Assembly: GCA_004431415.1 (NCBI GenBank)
Contig: QPMI01000029.1
Location: 62,001-126,000 of the forward strand
Length of the DNA stretch: 64,000 nt
DNA from: Cyanophora paradoxa CCMP329
Taxonomy: Eukaryota; Plantae; Glaucophyta
Direction of reading: 5' to 3'
The notes under the pieces were generated by a model. It worked only from the letters and a program-made list of their open reading frames with translations, did no database searches and was not told where the DNA came from. The position numbers were made by a program, and so were the translations under genes. Below are positions 25,901-40,900 of this stretch, one piece after another; the stretch's first letter is position 1; the number at the start of each line of letters is the position of its first letter.

Positions 25901-28900
25901 TGTCGGGATTTTACTTAGACTATTTGTAGTACCAGTGGCCACCTCATAGAAAGACCTTGCGTAAACATTGGTGTTCACACTGAGCTTGTCTACCAAAAGA
26001 TTTGCTGAGAGCTGAGTATATGCTTCGGGGTACGTGTATGGAAAGCCAAACCCATATTTCAGCTTGAAGTAGTATCTCATGAAACTCTTTTCAGTTGGAG
26101 ATAAAACCCGATTAAATATTACCACTTCGGCTACCTCTCCCACAAAGGAAGTAAATGAGAACTCCTTTATTCCGATGGTTGGTGAGTTTGACCATAAGAA
26201 AATTCCAGTAATTGCGGGAGATACATCTGCGCCATTCAAACCCATAGTCAGGGTTGTAGGGGTTAATTGAAAGTCAAATAATCCCCAAGAATTCAAGAAG
26301 CTTGTGGTTGAGACTTGTGTTAATGTGGAAGTGATAATGCCAAGGGAATTGCCATTAGTTGCTCCCAGTGTGATATACCTCCCGTAGGTGGGGTCACCTG
26401 TGTCATCATTTGTGACTGTAAAATGCGGCCGATTACCTGTGTCAGTGTGCTTTCGCACTGAAAATACAGTCATACCAGATGCAAGAATGTTTGATAATGC
26501 TGGGGTATATTGAACTCTATATCCGGCAAAGGTACTTGCACTGATTGCGTATTTATTTCCATTCAGTGCTGTCCCACTGCTTATTGAATACTTGGATGAT
26601 GAAGTAAAACCTATAGAACTCATATTTGGTAAAGCAAGTGGAAGCCCTTCTGCTCTGTTGACCAATGTTTCCAGTACTGTGCCATTGACATCGTTTGAAT
26701 TTGGATACCAGTGAAACACGCAATTGGATGTGAAAAGTGGGTTGGTATATGATAGCAACTGGTCAATTGGTGGCGATGTAGAAATTGGATAGAATTTGAT
26801 GGACTGCTCACCATTTACAATAGAAGGAGTATAAAGGTTGCTTGAAACTACCAGGTTTGATGTGATTGTACCTCCTGTTATGGGCAGATAGCTATTCAGC
26901 CAGTCCTTTGTAACATTTGAGGTAACAAGTTGCGGTGAGAATTTTTCAGCTATCAACCCTTGAACGATATTTGAAGTGGTAAATGGTTGAAGCCAGCTCT
27001 GAACAATGTTTGATGTGGGAATATTTGGTAGGGCCACATTGCTGTTCACAGTCAGCTTGTTCACTATAAGATTGGGGGTGGACACCTGTATGAACTCATT
27101 TGAGGTGTAGGCAGGGCTGATTTGAGGCACTGGGTTGTTCAGGCCATACTTTTGTGATAGATAGTAGCGAATAAATGCCTTTTCATCAGCAGACAAAGCA
27201 CGATTGTAAATTATTATTTCCGCAATTAGTCCAAAGAAGCTTTCTATCCCAATTTTTTGAATTTTGAGATTTGCTACTTCACTCAAATTGAAATTGCCTG
27301 ATAATGTAGGTGACAAATCAACACTATTGAAGCCTACTGTGGTGATGCTTGAAGTGACATGATAATCAAACAAAGCCCATTGGTCGTAGAAACTCGTGGT
27401 TATGGATGCTGTGGAAGTTGGTTGATACACTCCATTTTTTAGATAACTCGTTATCCCAATAGAATCTACACCTTTGGTTCCAAATCTGATATTTCTGCTT
27501 GATGTTTGGTCACTATAAATCATTAATTGAGCAGCAGCACTCATAGAGTCTGTGTAGTTCCTTCTCACACAAAATATCGTCATCCCATTGGTGAACGGGT
27601 TTGCTATATATGGATTTGGTTGAGCCATGTAGGTTATTGTTTCTGTCATCCCAAACACTTTTTTCCCATTGAGTAATGAACCACTCACCACAAGCGCCCC
27701 ATTTGATACTTTAAGAAAAGAAGGCAAAGCATTGGGTTGCCCAGATGCCCTATTGGTGAGTTCTGGTATTGCTGTGCCTGATGGCTCATTTAAAGGATAC
27801 CAGTGGAATACACAGTTTGGTGTAGACAGTGGATTTGTGTATGCTGAAAGGCGTTCCAAGGGAGGTATCAAGTTTTGGATTAGAACCAAGTCTATGGATT
27901 GGCTACCACTTCTTATGTTATTTGTGTAAAGGCTGCCCGAAACAGAAAGATTGGATGTGACAGTCCCTCCTGATTTGGGCAAATAGTTGCTCAACCACCC
28001 TTGTGTTATGTTTGAAGTCACGAAAGGGCTTATCCATCCTTGAACAACATTTGATGCTGTTAATGGTGCTATCCAATTTTGGACGACATTAGATGCTGTT
28101 AAAGGTGCTATCCAATCTTGAACTACATTGGAAGTAGTGAAAGGTTCTATGAGTCCCTTGACAGATGTTAAATCAGCCTTTGGAGCAACCCAATTCAGAA
28201 CTATGTTTGATGTTGGAATATTGGGCAATGAGACATTTGAGGTAACCGAAAGATTATCAATTACAATCTCATTGGATATTCTGACATGATTTACTTTGGG
28301 AGGAGGCTTAGGGACGAGTCCAGTAAACCCATACTTTTGTGCCAGGTAGTAACGGACCTCTTGTTTCTCATTTGCTGTAAGCGCTCTATTGTAGACAATT
28401 ATTTCAGCAAGAGGATGAGGAACACCAGATGTTCCATACAGTTGAACAAATTCCGTAGAGGGAATGCGGTAATCTCCTGGAATGCTTTGTAAATCTTGCC
28501 CATTAAAACCCCATGTTGTTCCAGTTGAGGAAGTATGAAGGTCAAAGATGCCCCAAGTATTCAAAAAATTTGATGGTGTATCAACATACTTTGGAGGAAT
28601 ATTTGCACCTAACCGCGTCATAGCCACACCTAATTTGTTAGTTCCACTGTTTCCATAGTTTAGCACACAGGTTTGCTGTCCTATATTACTGGTCGTTAGC
28701 ACCCAGTGATTAGTATTATTTGTGCTTGTGTGTTTGCGAACACTAAATACAGTCATACCCTTATCAAAGTATCCTGCGGGAAGCTGATTGTCTCTATTAG
28801 TTAAATCACGATAAGAATAATAAGGACTTGATTGATTAGGTATACCAAACTTATTTCCATTGATTTCAGCATTACTTGAAACATACAACCAAGAATTGGC

Positions 28901-31900
28901 AGATGCGCCAACTATATAGCGGTCAAGGTTGCTCAAACTGTTTGGAAATTCTGCCGCTCTATTATCCAGAGAATTGAGAACTGTATTCAGAGGTTCTGTG
29001 GGATACCATTGATATACACAGTTCGGAATTTCTTTGGGGTCATTAGCAGGAGGTATATAATTGAGCTTTATGGAGTGTTCACCAATGGTAATAGATGGTG
29101 TGTGTAGGTCACTCAGCCAGCCCTGAACTACATTCGATGCTGTTAAAGGCGCAATCCATTCTTGAACCACATTTGATGCTGTTAATGGAGCTATCCAATC
29201 TTGAACTACGTTCGATGCTGTTAAAGGCGCAATCCACTCTTGAACTACATTCGATGCTGTTAATGGAGCAATCCATTCTTCAACCACATTCGATGCCGTT
29301 AAGGGTGCTATCCATTCCTGAACTACATTCGATGCTGTTAAAGGTGCTATCCATTCTTCAACTACATTGGAAGTGGTTAAAGGTTCTATATTGGTATTGA
29401 TACTGTCTATGCTTTCTTGTATCTGTGTAATCTGGGCATTGATGGCAGTTATTTCTGCCTCTTGAAGGCTTGAACTTGTTTGGAAATCTTTGATAATAAA
29501 ACCACCTCCTGGTGCTGGTGCTGTATATTGGAGGTTGTTGGCTATAAGACTTCCTGTAACTCTCAGGCTGTTTGTTTGTAGAAGAAGTTTGTTAGGGTCA
29601 CTGGCGAAAGGATTGTCTAATGGCTCAGGATAGCCGTATTTTTGGAGGAGATAACTTCGTATGTTGTCCTTCACGATTTCTGTTGTTGGTTTAATAATCA
29701 CTATTAGCTCTGCTAAATCTTGTTTGGAGGTTGAAGAGCCAATACGACTTTCAGTAACAAGGTTATTGGGAACATGTTTGTAACATTTGAAACACTTCTA
29801 TTGCTACCATTGATCCCAAATGTAACAGTGGAAGGAGAGACTGTTACTTCATAGAGTGTCCATGTCGTCATTTCAGAGTATGTAATTTCTGCTTTTGCGT
29901 TACTTGGTGAAGTGCTTTCACCTAATCCTGCTGCTCCAACCCCATTAGAAACCTGAATATAACAAGTCGCACCATTGTTCCATTTATTGATGCTCCAATT
30001 TGTGGTTCCATAACTCAAAGATAAAACGTTCTCTACATTTGGAGGTGCTGTATCTGTGAATTTCGCGACGAAAAACACAGTTAAATGTTGCTGTGAAGTT
30101 TGGCTCATGAAAAGTTCACACTCAGCCCCCCACGTATTATAGGCTGAAAAGTTGAAGTTGATTGTAGGATACGAATTAAAATAAGGTTTGTTGTTAGGAC
30201 CTCCATTATTCTTAATTTGTGTCGAGTTCCCAGCAACATTACCAAACCCAAGAAGAAAATTCGGTGTCTCAGGGTTATTATCAAACCAAACGTCTCCTGC
30301 TCCGTTTCCAAGTCCACTCACTATCGTTCCATCTTTCATGTTGTCCCTTGCTCTGACCCAAACGAAAACATTAAGAACTGAAAGGACATTAAACGTTGAA
30401 ACATCCAAATAATCCAATTTGAAAGTGTTCTCATATATTTTTAGTTTGCTGTCAGTGTTTCCTTGATTGCTCACGTTAAGATTTCCTGTGATTGTTCCAC
30501 CTGATAATGGTAAGTAGTTCTCTAACAACGCTTCTGAATCTGCTATCCAACCCTCCACAACATTAGAAGTGGTGTAATCATTTAACCATCCTTTTACAAC
30601 ATTTGATGTTGTGCGATCTGTCAATAATGCTGCTACACCATTGGTGGTTGCTAAGTTCATCCCTGTTACTTGTAGTTCCTGAGTCTTGATGAGTAGTTTA
30701 TTATCATCTCTTGGTATTGGGTTTGAAGAGTCTTCTACAAATCCGTAGAACTGATGAAGATACCACCGTAGATTATATAATTCAGCAGCTGTTAAGGCTC
30801 TTGTGAAACAATAGAATTCGCACAGGTCGAATTTTGAGTATTGACTTCCCAAATATACATACTTTACATCATTTCGGGGCAGATGAGAACCATTTGTAAT
30901 CGAAAAGGTCTGTCTCTCTTTCGCATTAACACCCACTTTTACGGATGTGCTTGTGATTGTGATGTCATAGATTGTCCAAGAATCTACTTCGTCAATTGTG
31001 AGTGGAACCCTGAAAGTAGATTGGTCTAATTTACTGATGTTCAGAACGAAACCATCACCCCATTGACCTTTGGAAATACTCCAAATTTGCCCATTACTAC
31101 CAAGTGTAGAAGACCCATCAAACTGTAAAATAGGTTCAAGCGGTTCAGCGCTTCTTAACTTAATCACAAATGCGACAGTTATCCCTCCACTGAAATCGAT
31201 GGTTTCATAGCCTGCTGAATTTGTAGAAGTGAAGGAATAACGGAAAGTAGAGAAGCTATTTGTGTCTGCTACATCATAGAAGGGTTTGTTATTAGGACCT
31301 CCTGAACTCTTGAATACTACACTTCCTGACTGTATCAGTTTTTGAATAACATTAGCATTTGCTTTATTAACAAGCTCATAGACCAGTACATTATTTTCCC
31401 AAGCATCATCCAAACTCGCATTAAATCTTAGAAGGCAATGAGACAAACCCCCAACATCGAAATTTAAGAAGTTTAAAGGTGCTCTTGAAATCTCATTGTT
31501 CCCTATAACAATCTTATCCTTTACCTCCAATTCTCTATTGACTGTAAGATCACCTGTAATGGTGCCACCTGTCAATGGTAAATATTTAGCAAGTTCAGCA
31601 TCAAGCTCAGTCTCTGTAACATAGGGTATTAATGCTGCTGCCAGTGTTGTGGCATATTCAGTTTCTGTTACATAATCATTGAGTATAGTAGTTAATTCGG
31701 TTCCATCTATGTAATTCTTATTTTCTAAATAATCCTCTGTGACCACTCGTGATATATTTTCGTTGTGAATGTTTTTTGCTGCTGCTCTCTGATTTATTTC
31801 TAAAACACCTTGCTTATCAACATCATTATAGTTCGTTTTCTTCCACCCTATCTCACATTGCTTGTAATCGTCTCGATCTCCAACTAAATCATCAGGTAAG

Positions 31901-34900
31901 AGCCGTTCTCGGCTAAATATTAGCTTTGGTCTTGATCCATCAAAAGCGCTAACATCAGTCACATTAATCTGAAGAGTCGCATCTTTGTCTACATAATTAA
32001 TTGGATTGGCTGGAAGAGATGGTATAGGTGGTAATGTTGCTGTCATTGGGATGTCGTCAGGGTAGTAACTTGTTAAATAGATACCTGGTTTGGTGTCTTT
32101 TATTTCAACACCTCCACCAGCTGCCACTAAATTAACTCTTGTAGGTGGTCTAATATAGAGTTCGCCTTCCATTGTGGTTCCAGCATCTAATCCCCTACGA
32201 TTCACATAGTAGTCATTTAATTGTAATCTTTCTTCAATCTCAATATTTTGATAGAGACTTACACCAAGTGGAAAGTCTGTCAACATATTGCCTGCTGATG
32301 CGAAAGTAGGTTGCTGGTCGATTTCATCCCAATCGTGTCTGTGGTCTTCTGGTGGGAACAATTCTGGTACATCAATTTCGTCCCAAGTGTGTCTATGGTC
32401 TGCTGGTGGAAAGTCTTCTGGTATTCCATCGATTTCTCCCCAATCATGCCTATGATCCACAGGCGGAAATCTATCAGGTTTATTCTCGATTTCGTCCCAA
32501 TCATGGCCATGGGGATCAGGTGGATATGTTTGTGGTTTATTTCGAATGTCCTCCCAATCCACTATGAAATCGAATAGATCAGGTGCGAAACCATCAGGTA
32601 AAAGCTGCTCATCAAAAGGCTCGTAGCGATCATAAGTTACAAGATTTGGGTCGAAACCATCTGGTAAGACATTATCCTCTTCAAATCGCCTATCTTCAAG
32701 AGGTATAACATTTACATCTGGTGATAAAAGCTCCTCAGCTGGTTGTTTGTAATCTGTAAATACTGGTTTGTTTCTGACTTTTTCCCAGCTAACTATGTGC
32801 TGCCCAAAGGCTACATTTTCCTCTGCTGTGTATTCCCTCCCAGGTTGCTTCTTTGGTGTAAGGTCAGGTGGATCCCACGGAAGCGGAAAGGGGACAGGAA
32901 CAGGACCGTAATGCTCAAAGATTTCCCTTATAGTTTTCTCACTGACAAGCTTTTCACCATTGGCATACACATTGCTTCCATGGATATTTCGCCACTGCCT
33001 CGTCCTGATTCCAAGGTCTTTTGTGTTTGTGACCAAAGGTAAAAGGTGCCTATCCATTTCGACAAGATCAGGGTGTAAATGGATTGCTACTGGTTGAGTG
33101 GGGCTGCTGTTGATGGTAATTGATGGCTTTTTCTGGTGGACATCATTTGGAGTAAAAAACCCAAACGGCTCATTCCTCGCAAAGTCATATGTTATATCCT
33201 TGGGGTATACATCATTAGTTGAACAGACTTGATTCGTGTTCTGGAAATGGCCCACTTGTAATACTTGGGGAACCTCTGTTTTTGTGGTGCTGCCCTCATT
33301 ATAAATTCTTAAACCCGTGTTCTGTTTGCCCTGCTCATCTTGTACATTGAAAATCAAACGGCCACTATCACACCTTGATGGTATGTCTGGATGGGTTCCA
33401 CTTGGTTTGAGTCTTCTGGGTCTCTTTCTGGTTGCCTTGATCTCTGCTACTTGGTTGGCTTTCACATTGCCCAAACTAAAAGCTATACTGACATCCTCCT
33501 TGTCTGGATCGGTCTGATTTAAGGAAAGAGCATGCTCCCTTGATTGAGTCTTTGAAGAACTGTCAGAGCTGTGGTCGATTGATATTGAACCTTTAACTTT
33601 TATATTATCAAAGTTCACATGCTTTGTGCTGCTGGAATTATCATCTTGAATTGTTTCCAGATTAGGGGGGTAGTTAAAGCTCATGGCTTTTACTATATGG
33701 ATTTATAAAATTCCTTATAAGTATTAGATGCCTCTCAAGGTCGTTTTAGCATTGTCAGGAGGCGGAGCAAGGGGCATTATCATTACCAGACTGCTCAAAG
33801 AAATCGAAAATCGAACTGGCAGGCGAATCATTGACCTTGTGGATCTTGTGAGTGGAACTTCCACGGGTGGGATCATTGCCATTGGGTTGAACATCAGGCA
33901 TCCAGATAGGGCAGGCGAACCCAAACTCACAGCCAGTGATTTACATAATATTTACCTCACTCAGCTGCCCTTGATTTTCGCGAATCCTCGAAATATAATC
34001 GAAAATGCCCTTTTTAACACCAAGTATGATGTGGCTCCTTTGGAAAGCGCAATCTATTCTGTTACTGGCGAATCTCTCATTCAAGATTCCTTAAAGGACA
34101 TTGTGATTACTTCGTTTGATACTCAGTACATGAAACCTATATTTATCACAAATGATAACAACTATAACTTTCTGCCCTGTAAAATAGCAGCAAGGGCTAC
34201 CTCTGCTGCTCCCACCTACTTTTCTCCTGTGAGTATAGTTGATTTTAATCGAGGGGTTACTGCTTGCCTTATTGATGGTGCTATTTCAGGAAACAATAAC
34301 CCAAGTGTGTGTGGCTATAGCCATGCGAGGAAGATTTACAGTGATGATGATGACATTATAGTTATAAGCATCTCTTGTGGGGAGGTAGACCCATATTTAG
34401 AGTCTGATTACTTCGGCTATGGTTATGAGACTGTGAATAGTTGGGGCATTCTCTCATGGATTGCCTCAACAGATGGAAGCCCATTGATCAACATGCTCAT
34501 GGCAGCAAGTGAGCTGTCAGCTCTTGACAAAATGGAGGAGTTGCTACCTTACAACTACGATCAGGATTATGGGAGGTACTATAGGCTATCTGTTCCTCTT
34601 CCAAATCACATAGTCAAGTCCCTTGATGATACCTCTAAAATCCCCGACATGCTTTCGTTCACTGAGACATACATAGCAGCAAACAACACCATGATTAATA
34701 AGCTTTGCGATTTGCTGGTAGCAAACTATGAGTTAAAAAACCCATCAAAAGCTTATATCTCTTCCACTCTCACCCTGTCACCACCTTTGGATGCTAATTG
34801 GTACAAACTTGCTGATGATGCTTTTACTGCCTCCTCCTCTGTGATAGGTAAAGAGCCCCACATGGCTCGACCTTCATCATTTGGCTGGGAAGCTGGGGCA

Positions 34901-37900
34901 TTTGCTCCAGAGCAGATATGGGAGACCCCCACTGAGTACCTTCAAGTTGCTTTCCCATATACTTTTGAGCTCTCTTCAGTGGTTGCCTATGGGTCAGGGG
35001 ACACCAATGCTTTTATAAAGACTTTCAATGTGGCTACATCAACTAATGGGGTCAACTGGTCTTTTATTCGAGCAGAAGGGCAGAACAAAACATTTGTTTG
35101 TGAGAATATAAACAATGCTAATAATTCCGGCGATGTAGCTTTATTAAATGGTTACCCTCTCACCATCAAGGATGCTTTCTACATAGGGTTCTCTTTGAGA
35201 ATCAAGTATGTTCGCATTTATCCCCTTGTCTATGTGAATGCTCCCACAATGAGAGTTGATTTTACAGGTGCCTTTATTCGATAAACTCGAGCTGAAAAGA
35301 ATTGTCAATTCCGTTCATGTCAATGATGTCACCAAAGTAGTCTCTAAACTCAACTGTTAATTCCCTTACCACCAGATGTCGGTCATTAATTCGAATAAAT
35401 TCCCCATGCTCACCATTATAGTAAATATAGCCTCCTATATCCTTGCTTAATTGGAGTCTCAGTATGGCGCCTTGGTTTTGTGGCTGTGATTTTGGGACTA
35501 TATTATGTCTGCTGGCAAAGGGAGCAAGTTCTTTGACATGTAAATAAAGGTACTGCTCAGCATTCATATCTGCCATCTTATTGCTGTAATAAACATATCT
35601 AAGAGGTGTGGATGAAAGTCTGGATCCCGAAAAGGTAGTTCCCCACAAGGGGTGATTGAGTGTGATAGGTTTGCCATCATACTTTAGAAAATTCTCAGGG
35701 CGATATGGAGATTGAGAGGGCGAATTGTCATCCATAAATGAAGACTGGAACTCAGTTGAGCTTAAACCCAATAGCTTACCAATGCGCTTATTGCTTGCTT
35801 TTATACGGAAAAATCTGTTACTGTAAAACTCCACTTTATAAGTGGTTGGATTGTAGAATAATTTGAATTCGAAAGCAACTGTTTTTCCTGCTATAGTTTC
35901 CTCATAGAACACATAGTTCAATCCATAGTTGTATGGTTGGGTGACCCCAAAATGACCCTGATTGATATAACCGGTTGGCAGAGGAGAGATGTTGTAAGTT
36001 ACTGTTTCAGTGACAGAACTATCCTGATAGGTGAATTCCACTATTAAATGATCTGTTCCACACTATTGTAAATGCTGTTTGGAATTTCTGCGTAAATAAC
36101 CCTACACTCTCGAGGTCTCTCTACTGGTGTTGTGAGGGCAACCCTGTAAGAGTTTTCGGTTTCACCTTGGCTGCGATCCCTGCTATCAACATTGACAAGC
36201 CGGTTCATTTTAATATATGAATATAGATAAAAGGAGAATGCCCGTGGATTACATTGAGGTGAGTTCTTTTAATACAATCTCTGGTGACGGTCCTACTTCA
36301 AGCTTTATAGCTCGACTTCCAAACATATATGAGAATGTGAGGGCTGTCAGGCTGGTCTCGGCCGAATTTTATAATAGTATCCCTATGGTGAGTGGTGAAA
36401 CGCAACCAGGGGATATTACAATTGATAATTCATTCAGCATTTTTTGGAGTGAAGAATTCGATGGTGCTGGCATTGATGGCATTCCAACTACTCGACCAGC
36501 GGCCGGCTTTGAACCTTGGAAGCAATTAATTATAAGCCGCAAAAAACCCATTCAAAGCCACCAGCAATTGGTAAATGTAATTAATGCGAAATTCGATGAT
36601 AGAGAGCCGGAACCATCTATTCGCTGTAAATGGGATGAGTCACTAAAACGAATTATATTCCACTCAGAGAAACCTTTCTATCTAGCCTTCTCTGTTGCTG
36701 GAAATCCAAACCAGAAAACGATCCAAAAGTTACTGAGCGCTGCCCGATTGCTTGGTCTTGATCCCGGAAGATATGGAAATTCCCCAATCCAATCACAGGT
36801 TTATAATGCTCTTACTGATGGCATCTTTACTGGTGAACGGGTGAATGGTATTATATCTTCGTTTGAGCCTGAAAAGACCAGGGACAGTGTTTTATTTGTC
36901 AGAGTAAAAGAGTTGGGTGATCTGGTTCAGTGTGGGGATGGTCTCCTGACTGGTTACTTCCATAAAATAGTAGTTCCTGACAAGGACTATGGTGAGCATG
37001 TGGTTTACAATTCAACAGAATCTCACCCACTTTACAAGTACTATAACAAAAAAATGGGTTTGTCTACATTCTCTGTGGATATAGTAAATGCTATAAACGA
37101 ACCAATCGATTTTGAGGGTCAACCTGTCCACCTCACATTTGAAATTCGATATGGGGAGGAGCCAGCAGGCGACCCTGTCTATGAATACTTTAAGATGCGG
37201 ATGTCACAAAGTCATCCAACATATCCAATCATTGCGAGTTTTGGGTAAACACAAGGTTCATTCGTAATTTTTTTATGTTACAGTATAATAAAAGAGAAAA
37301 TCATGGATATTACGTCGACCCTCCAGCGCCTTTCGTTGAAAGAAGCCCTAACAACCCAGAGGAGGCCAAGGCCTTCTTTCTGGATAACTCCCTAATGCTT
37401 GGTCTTGAATCCAAGTCGAAGCCCGTTCTTGTTGTTGTGAACCCGAGCAATACTTTTGAAAATAGTGTTGGAAATCGCATTTCATTCAAACTCCCTCGCT
37501 ACAATTTCTGTGGCAAACTCGAACTTGCCTTCGACCTTCCAGCTATCACTTTTGGTGATGCTGATCTTGTTCGGAATGGGTACACTCGCCCAGTTGGTGC
37601 TTTGGTTCAGCGACTTGAAATTACCTATGGGTCATACACCTACCATATCCCTTCTGATTTCCTTGCTCATTTCCCTCTTGTCTATTATAGTGAGGATCAG
37701 CTTGCCAAAAAGAAGCGATCAATGGGCATGCTTCACGGCATCCCCGCCCATGGAACCAACCGACTTGGTGGCTCATTCTTTGTTGAAATTCCTGTGCCTT
37801 GGCTAAACCACTACCTACCTCTTGGTGCTCTGTCTGGTGAAATGGTAGTAACTGTTTGGTTCAAGGATGTAGGGAAGGGTTATGTTGAGACTTCTTATGG

Positions 37901-40900
37901 TGGTCGTACTCTTCCTAAGGCTGGGGACACAGCCATTGATGGGGACAAGGATGATGGGCTTGGCGTCGCACCTGCTGAATCTGTGCTGGCACATGTTGGC
38001 CAAAACATCACCACTTTCAATCTTGGTGCGCCAAACGTTGAAATTAAAATTACTTCTCCTCGCCTTTATATGTATGCTGTTAATGTGTCTGATGAGCTTT
38101 TCGCTACTGTTATTGAGAAGGTAAAGACAACTGGCATGGCTATCCCTGCTCTGGATATTGGATTTGTGGATGTCAGTGATTTGAAAGCCAAGGGTCTTGC
38201 CCAACCCAATCGAGTTAACCTCTCCCAAATATCAGGTCTCGTTTATGCTCTGCTTGTTTCAGTTCGTGATAACGCTAATGTTGACAAAGCTAATGGTTCC
38301 CACAGTGTACTTAAGACCTACTCCAACTCCAAAGATATTACTTTCACTGTGGAAATTAATGGTCAACGTCTCTATGCCACTGAGCCCATTCCACTGCTCA
38401 AGGGTGCTGAGCTGATTGCTGATGTCTTCAAATGCTCTAATATGGATAAGGTTGCTGATCGCTATGTTCTTTCAGGGCTTCCGTTCTGTCTTGATGGTGA
38501 GAAGGCAATTCGCAATGTTGCCCAGTCTGGCTATGTTGACCTGACCAATTCTTCATCTTCATTCCTCACTCTCTACATGCCCACTGACAAGGTTATTGAT
38601 GTCAATGTTCGCGCTCTCATGCACAGCTTTATCATAGTGGACAAGGACGGGCTGAGGCGAATCAATCTATAAACCATATTCAGTCACATCGTATTATTTT
38701 TATCTGGTTCTTTATAGAAGGAAGCATGGGCGACTTGGACGAATTTAATGCTGGTGAGATGATAAATCCCCCTTTCCGCGTTTTGGCAATTGGCAAATCT
38801 GCTACTGGTAAATCAGAGGCTGTCAAGTACTGGCTCAAGCAGCTACATGATGCCAAAAAGATTGATGTCGTTTTAGTGGTGAGTGGAACAAGCTTCAATC
38901 ATTTCTGGGATAAGGTCGCGACATTACAATTGGGGAAATGGGACGCCCCTTACATTGCTAAATTGCTGGATGAAAGGCAAGAGAAAATAGAAAAGGGGGA
39001 ACCTGTAAACCAATTATGTGTGGTATTGGACGATCTTATTGATAACGAAATAGTTGACCTAACAAGAGACAAAATAATTGGATCCTTGTACAGTAGAGGA
39101 AGACATTCGAAAATATCTATTATCTGTATCACACAAAAGCTAAGGAAAGTCTCATCGACCATTCGCGTCAACTCAGATTATGCTATGTTCCTAAGCGCTG
39201 CCAATAGAAAGGAGCTTGAAGCCATTGAGGAAGAATACAATATAATGCGGGACAAAGATGTTTTCTATAAAATGTTTGAAGAGTACGTACATTCCTATCA
39301 GTTCCTAATTTGGTCATCCGCAGATTATTCTGTAAAATATTTCGTAGATAAAGCGGATTTGGTCAAAGATTTCCCATTTCCACGGTTCCACAGGAAGCCA
39401 AAAAAGAAAGAAGACGAGCTTAAACCACCAGAGAAAGAAGAGGGGCGCAAAGAAGTGAAAAGCCAAGTTCATAGTAATAAGTTAATGCGATATAAACGCG
39501 GTCTATAAAAATATCTCTCACTTTAATAAAGACACAATGCCCCCCAAACGCAAAATAGGCATCCCTGCTGGGGCTGTTGGTTATTCAGGTGGTGGTAACA
39601 ATGGCTCCATTAACACAGACCCGCTTAAATTCAATGGAATGAATGAGATAAAGCCCTCACAGCAGCAAGAGGATCCCCTTAATGCTGCCTATGAGGAATC
39701 CTTTGATGACAAAGCCCCACAGACGTCCACCAGTGATCAGCTCAACATCTCCCCTGAAGCCTCCAAAATGAAGGCTGTGGGTGAGGGTGCCAGGCGAATT
39801 ATTGGTGCTGCTGATGATAAAGGTCTTGGGCTTCAAGATCTATCACTTACTCGCAAAGGTGAAGGCCTCAGTAAAGAATCAGACAAGGTTATCCAGTCTA
39901 TGGCGGGTGAAGTCACATACAAGACCGCTCCCACCCAGAATATTCATAGAGTTCCCAAGGCTCAATGGGACGAAATGACTGCCAAACTTAAAGATTTGGA
40001 AGCCAAATCAAGTGCTTTGGAGCAGTATGTAACTGAGAAGAGAGAGAGGTCCAAACTCAAGGAGATGCTTAGAAAGGAGGTGTTCAAAATGGGGATCACT
40101 GGAATTCCAGACAAACAGTTTATTGCCAAGAAAGAGACCCAAATCGATGAGCAAGCTGTTGATGAAATGAAAACAAAGACCCAAAAGGGGACTATTGAGC
40201 CAGGTGCTACAAAGGCAGAGGTGGACAAAGGCGTAGCCCCCACAGTGTATAAACGACGGGTTTGGCTTTGAAAGCGTTTTTCTATAGATATTATAAATGG
40301 AGGATACCATTAGTTTGGTGGAGTTCACTGTCGATAGCCCTGTGACTGAGAGTTATATTAAAAACGCTTTAGCAAACCAAAAAAGATACAGGGAAGACCC
40401 AGAATACAGAGAGTTTAAGAAACAGCAAGCCTTGGCATCATACTATCGCCGAAAGGCACAAAAAGAAGCAGTGAGGCCCATAGGGAGGCCAATTAAATAT
40501 TATCAGACTACTGAGAGCAGCAACTGAGTTATTTTGTCTCGTTAATAGTAAAATGTGGCAATGGCTCCAACAATTGCTGGATATGTTTCATATACATGTG
40601 ACCAGCAATTATAAATGTAGCTGTTGTGATACTACTATTGACGTCAGCATTGGATCTTCCTCCCCAAGTGGATCCAGGAGTGGGTCTCCCTATGATGTGG
40701 TGCTGAGGACAGGGTCAACTGAGGGGCAAAGGGTAAGCTTGGAGAGCATTGAAGAGGTGACAGGGGAGCAATTTGCTCAGGCTGTAAGCAGCGCTTGGGA
40801 TGAGTACCAAGGAAACCGTCTACATTGAACACATTATCTGCCATCAGGGAGGGTATTAATCTCGTTTCCAAGCATGAGGAGATCGTTTGATATTTTTTGT

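Noticed and set aside
29702-29775. Programmed ribosomal frameshift between the two fibre ORFs
   Set aside because: No clear slippery heptamer, the break falls mid-domain, and it matches the homopolymer-loss pattern seen throughout.
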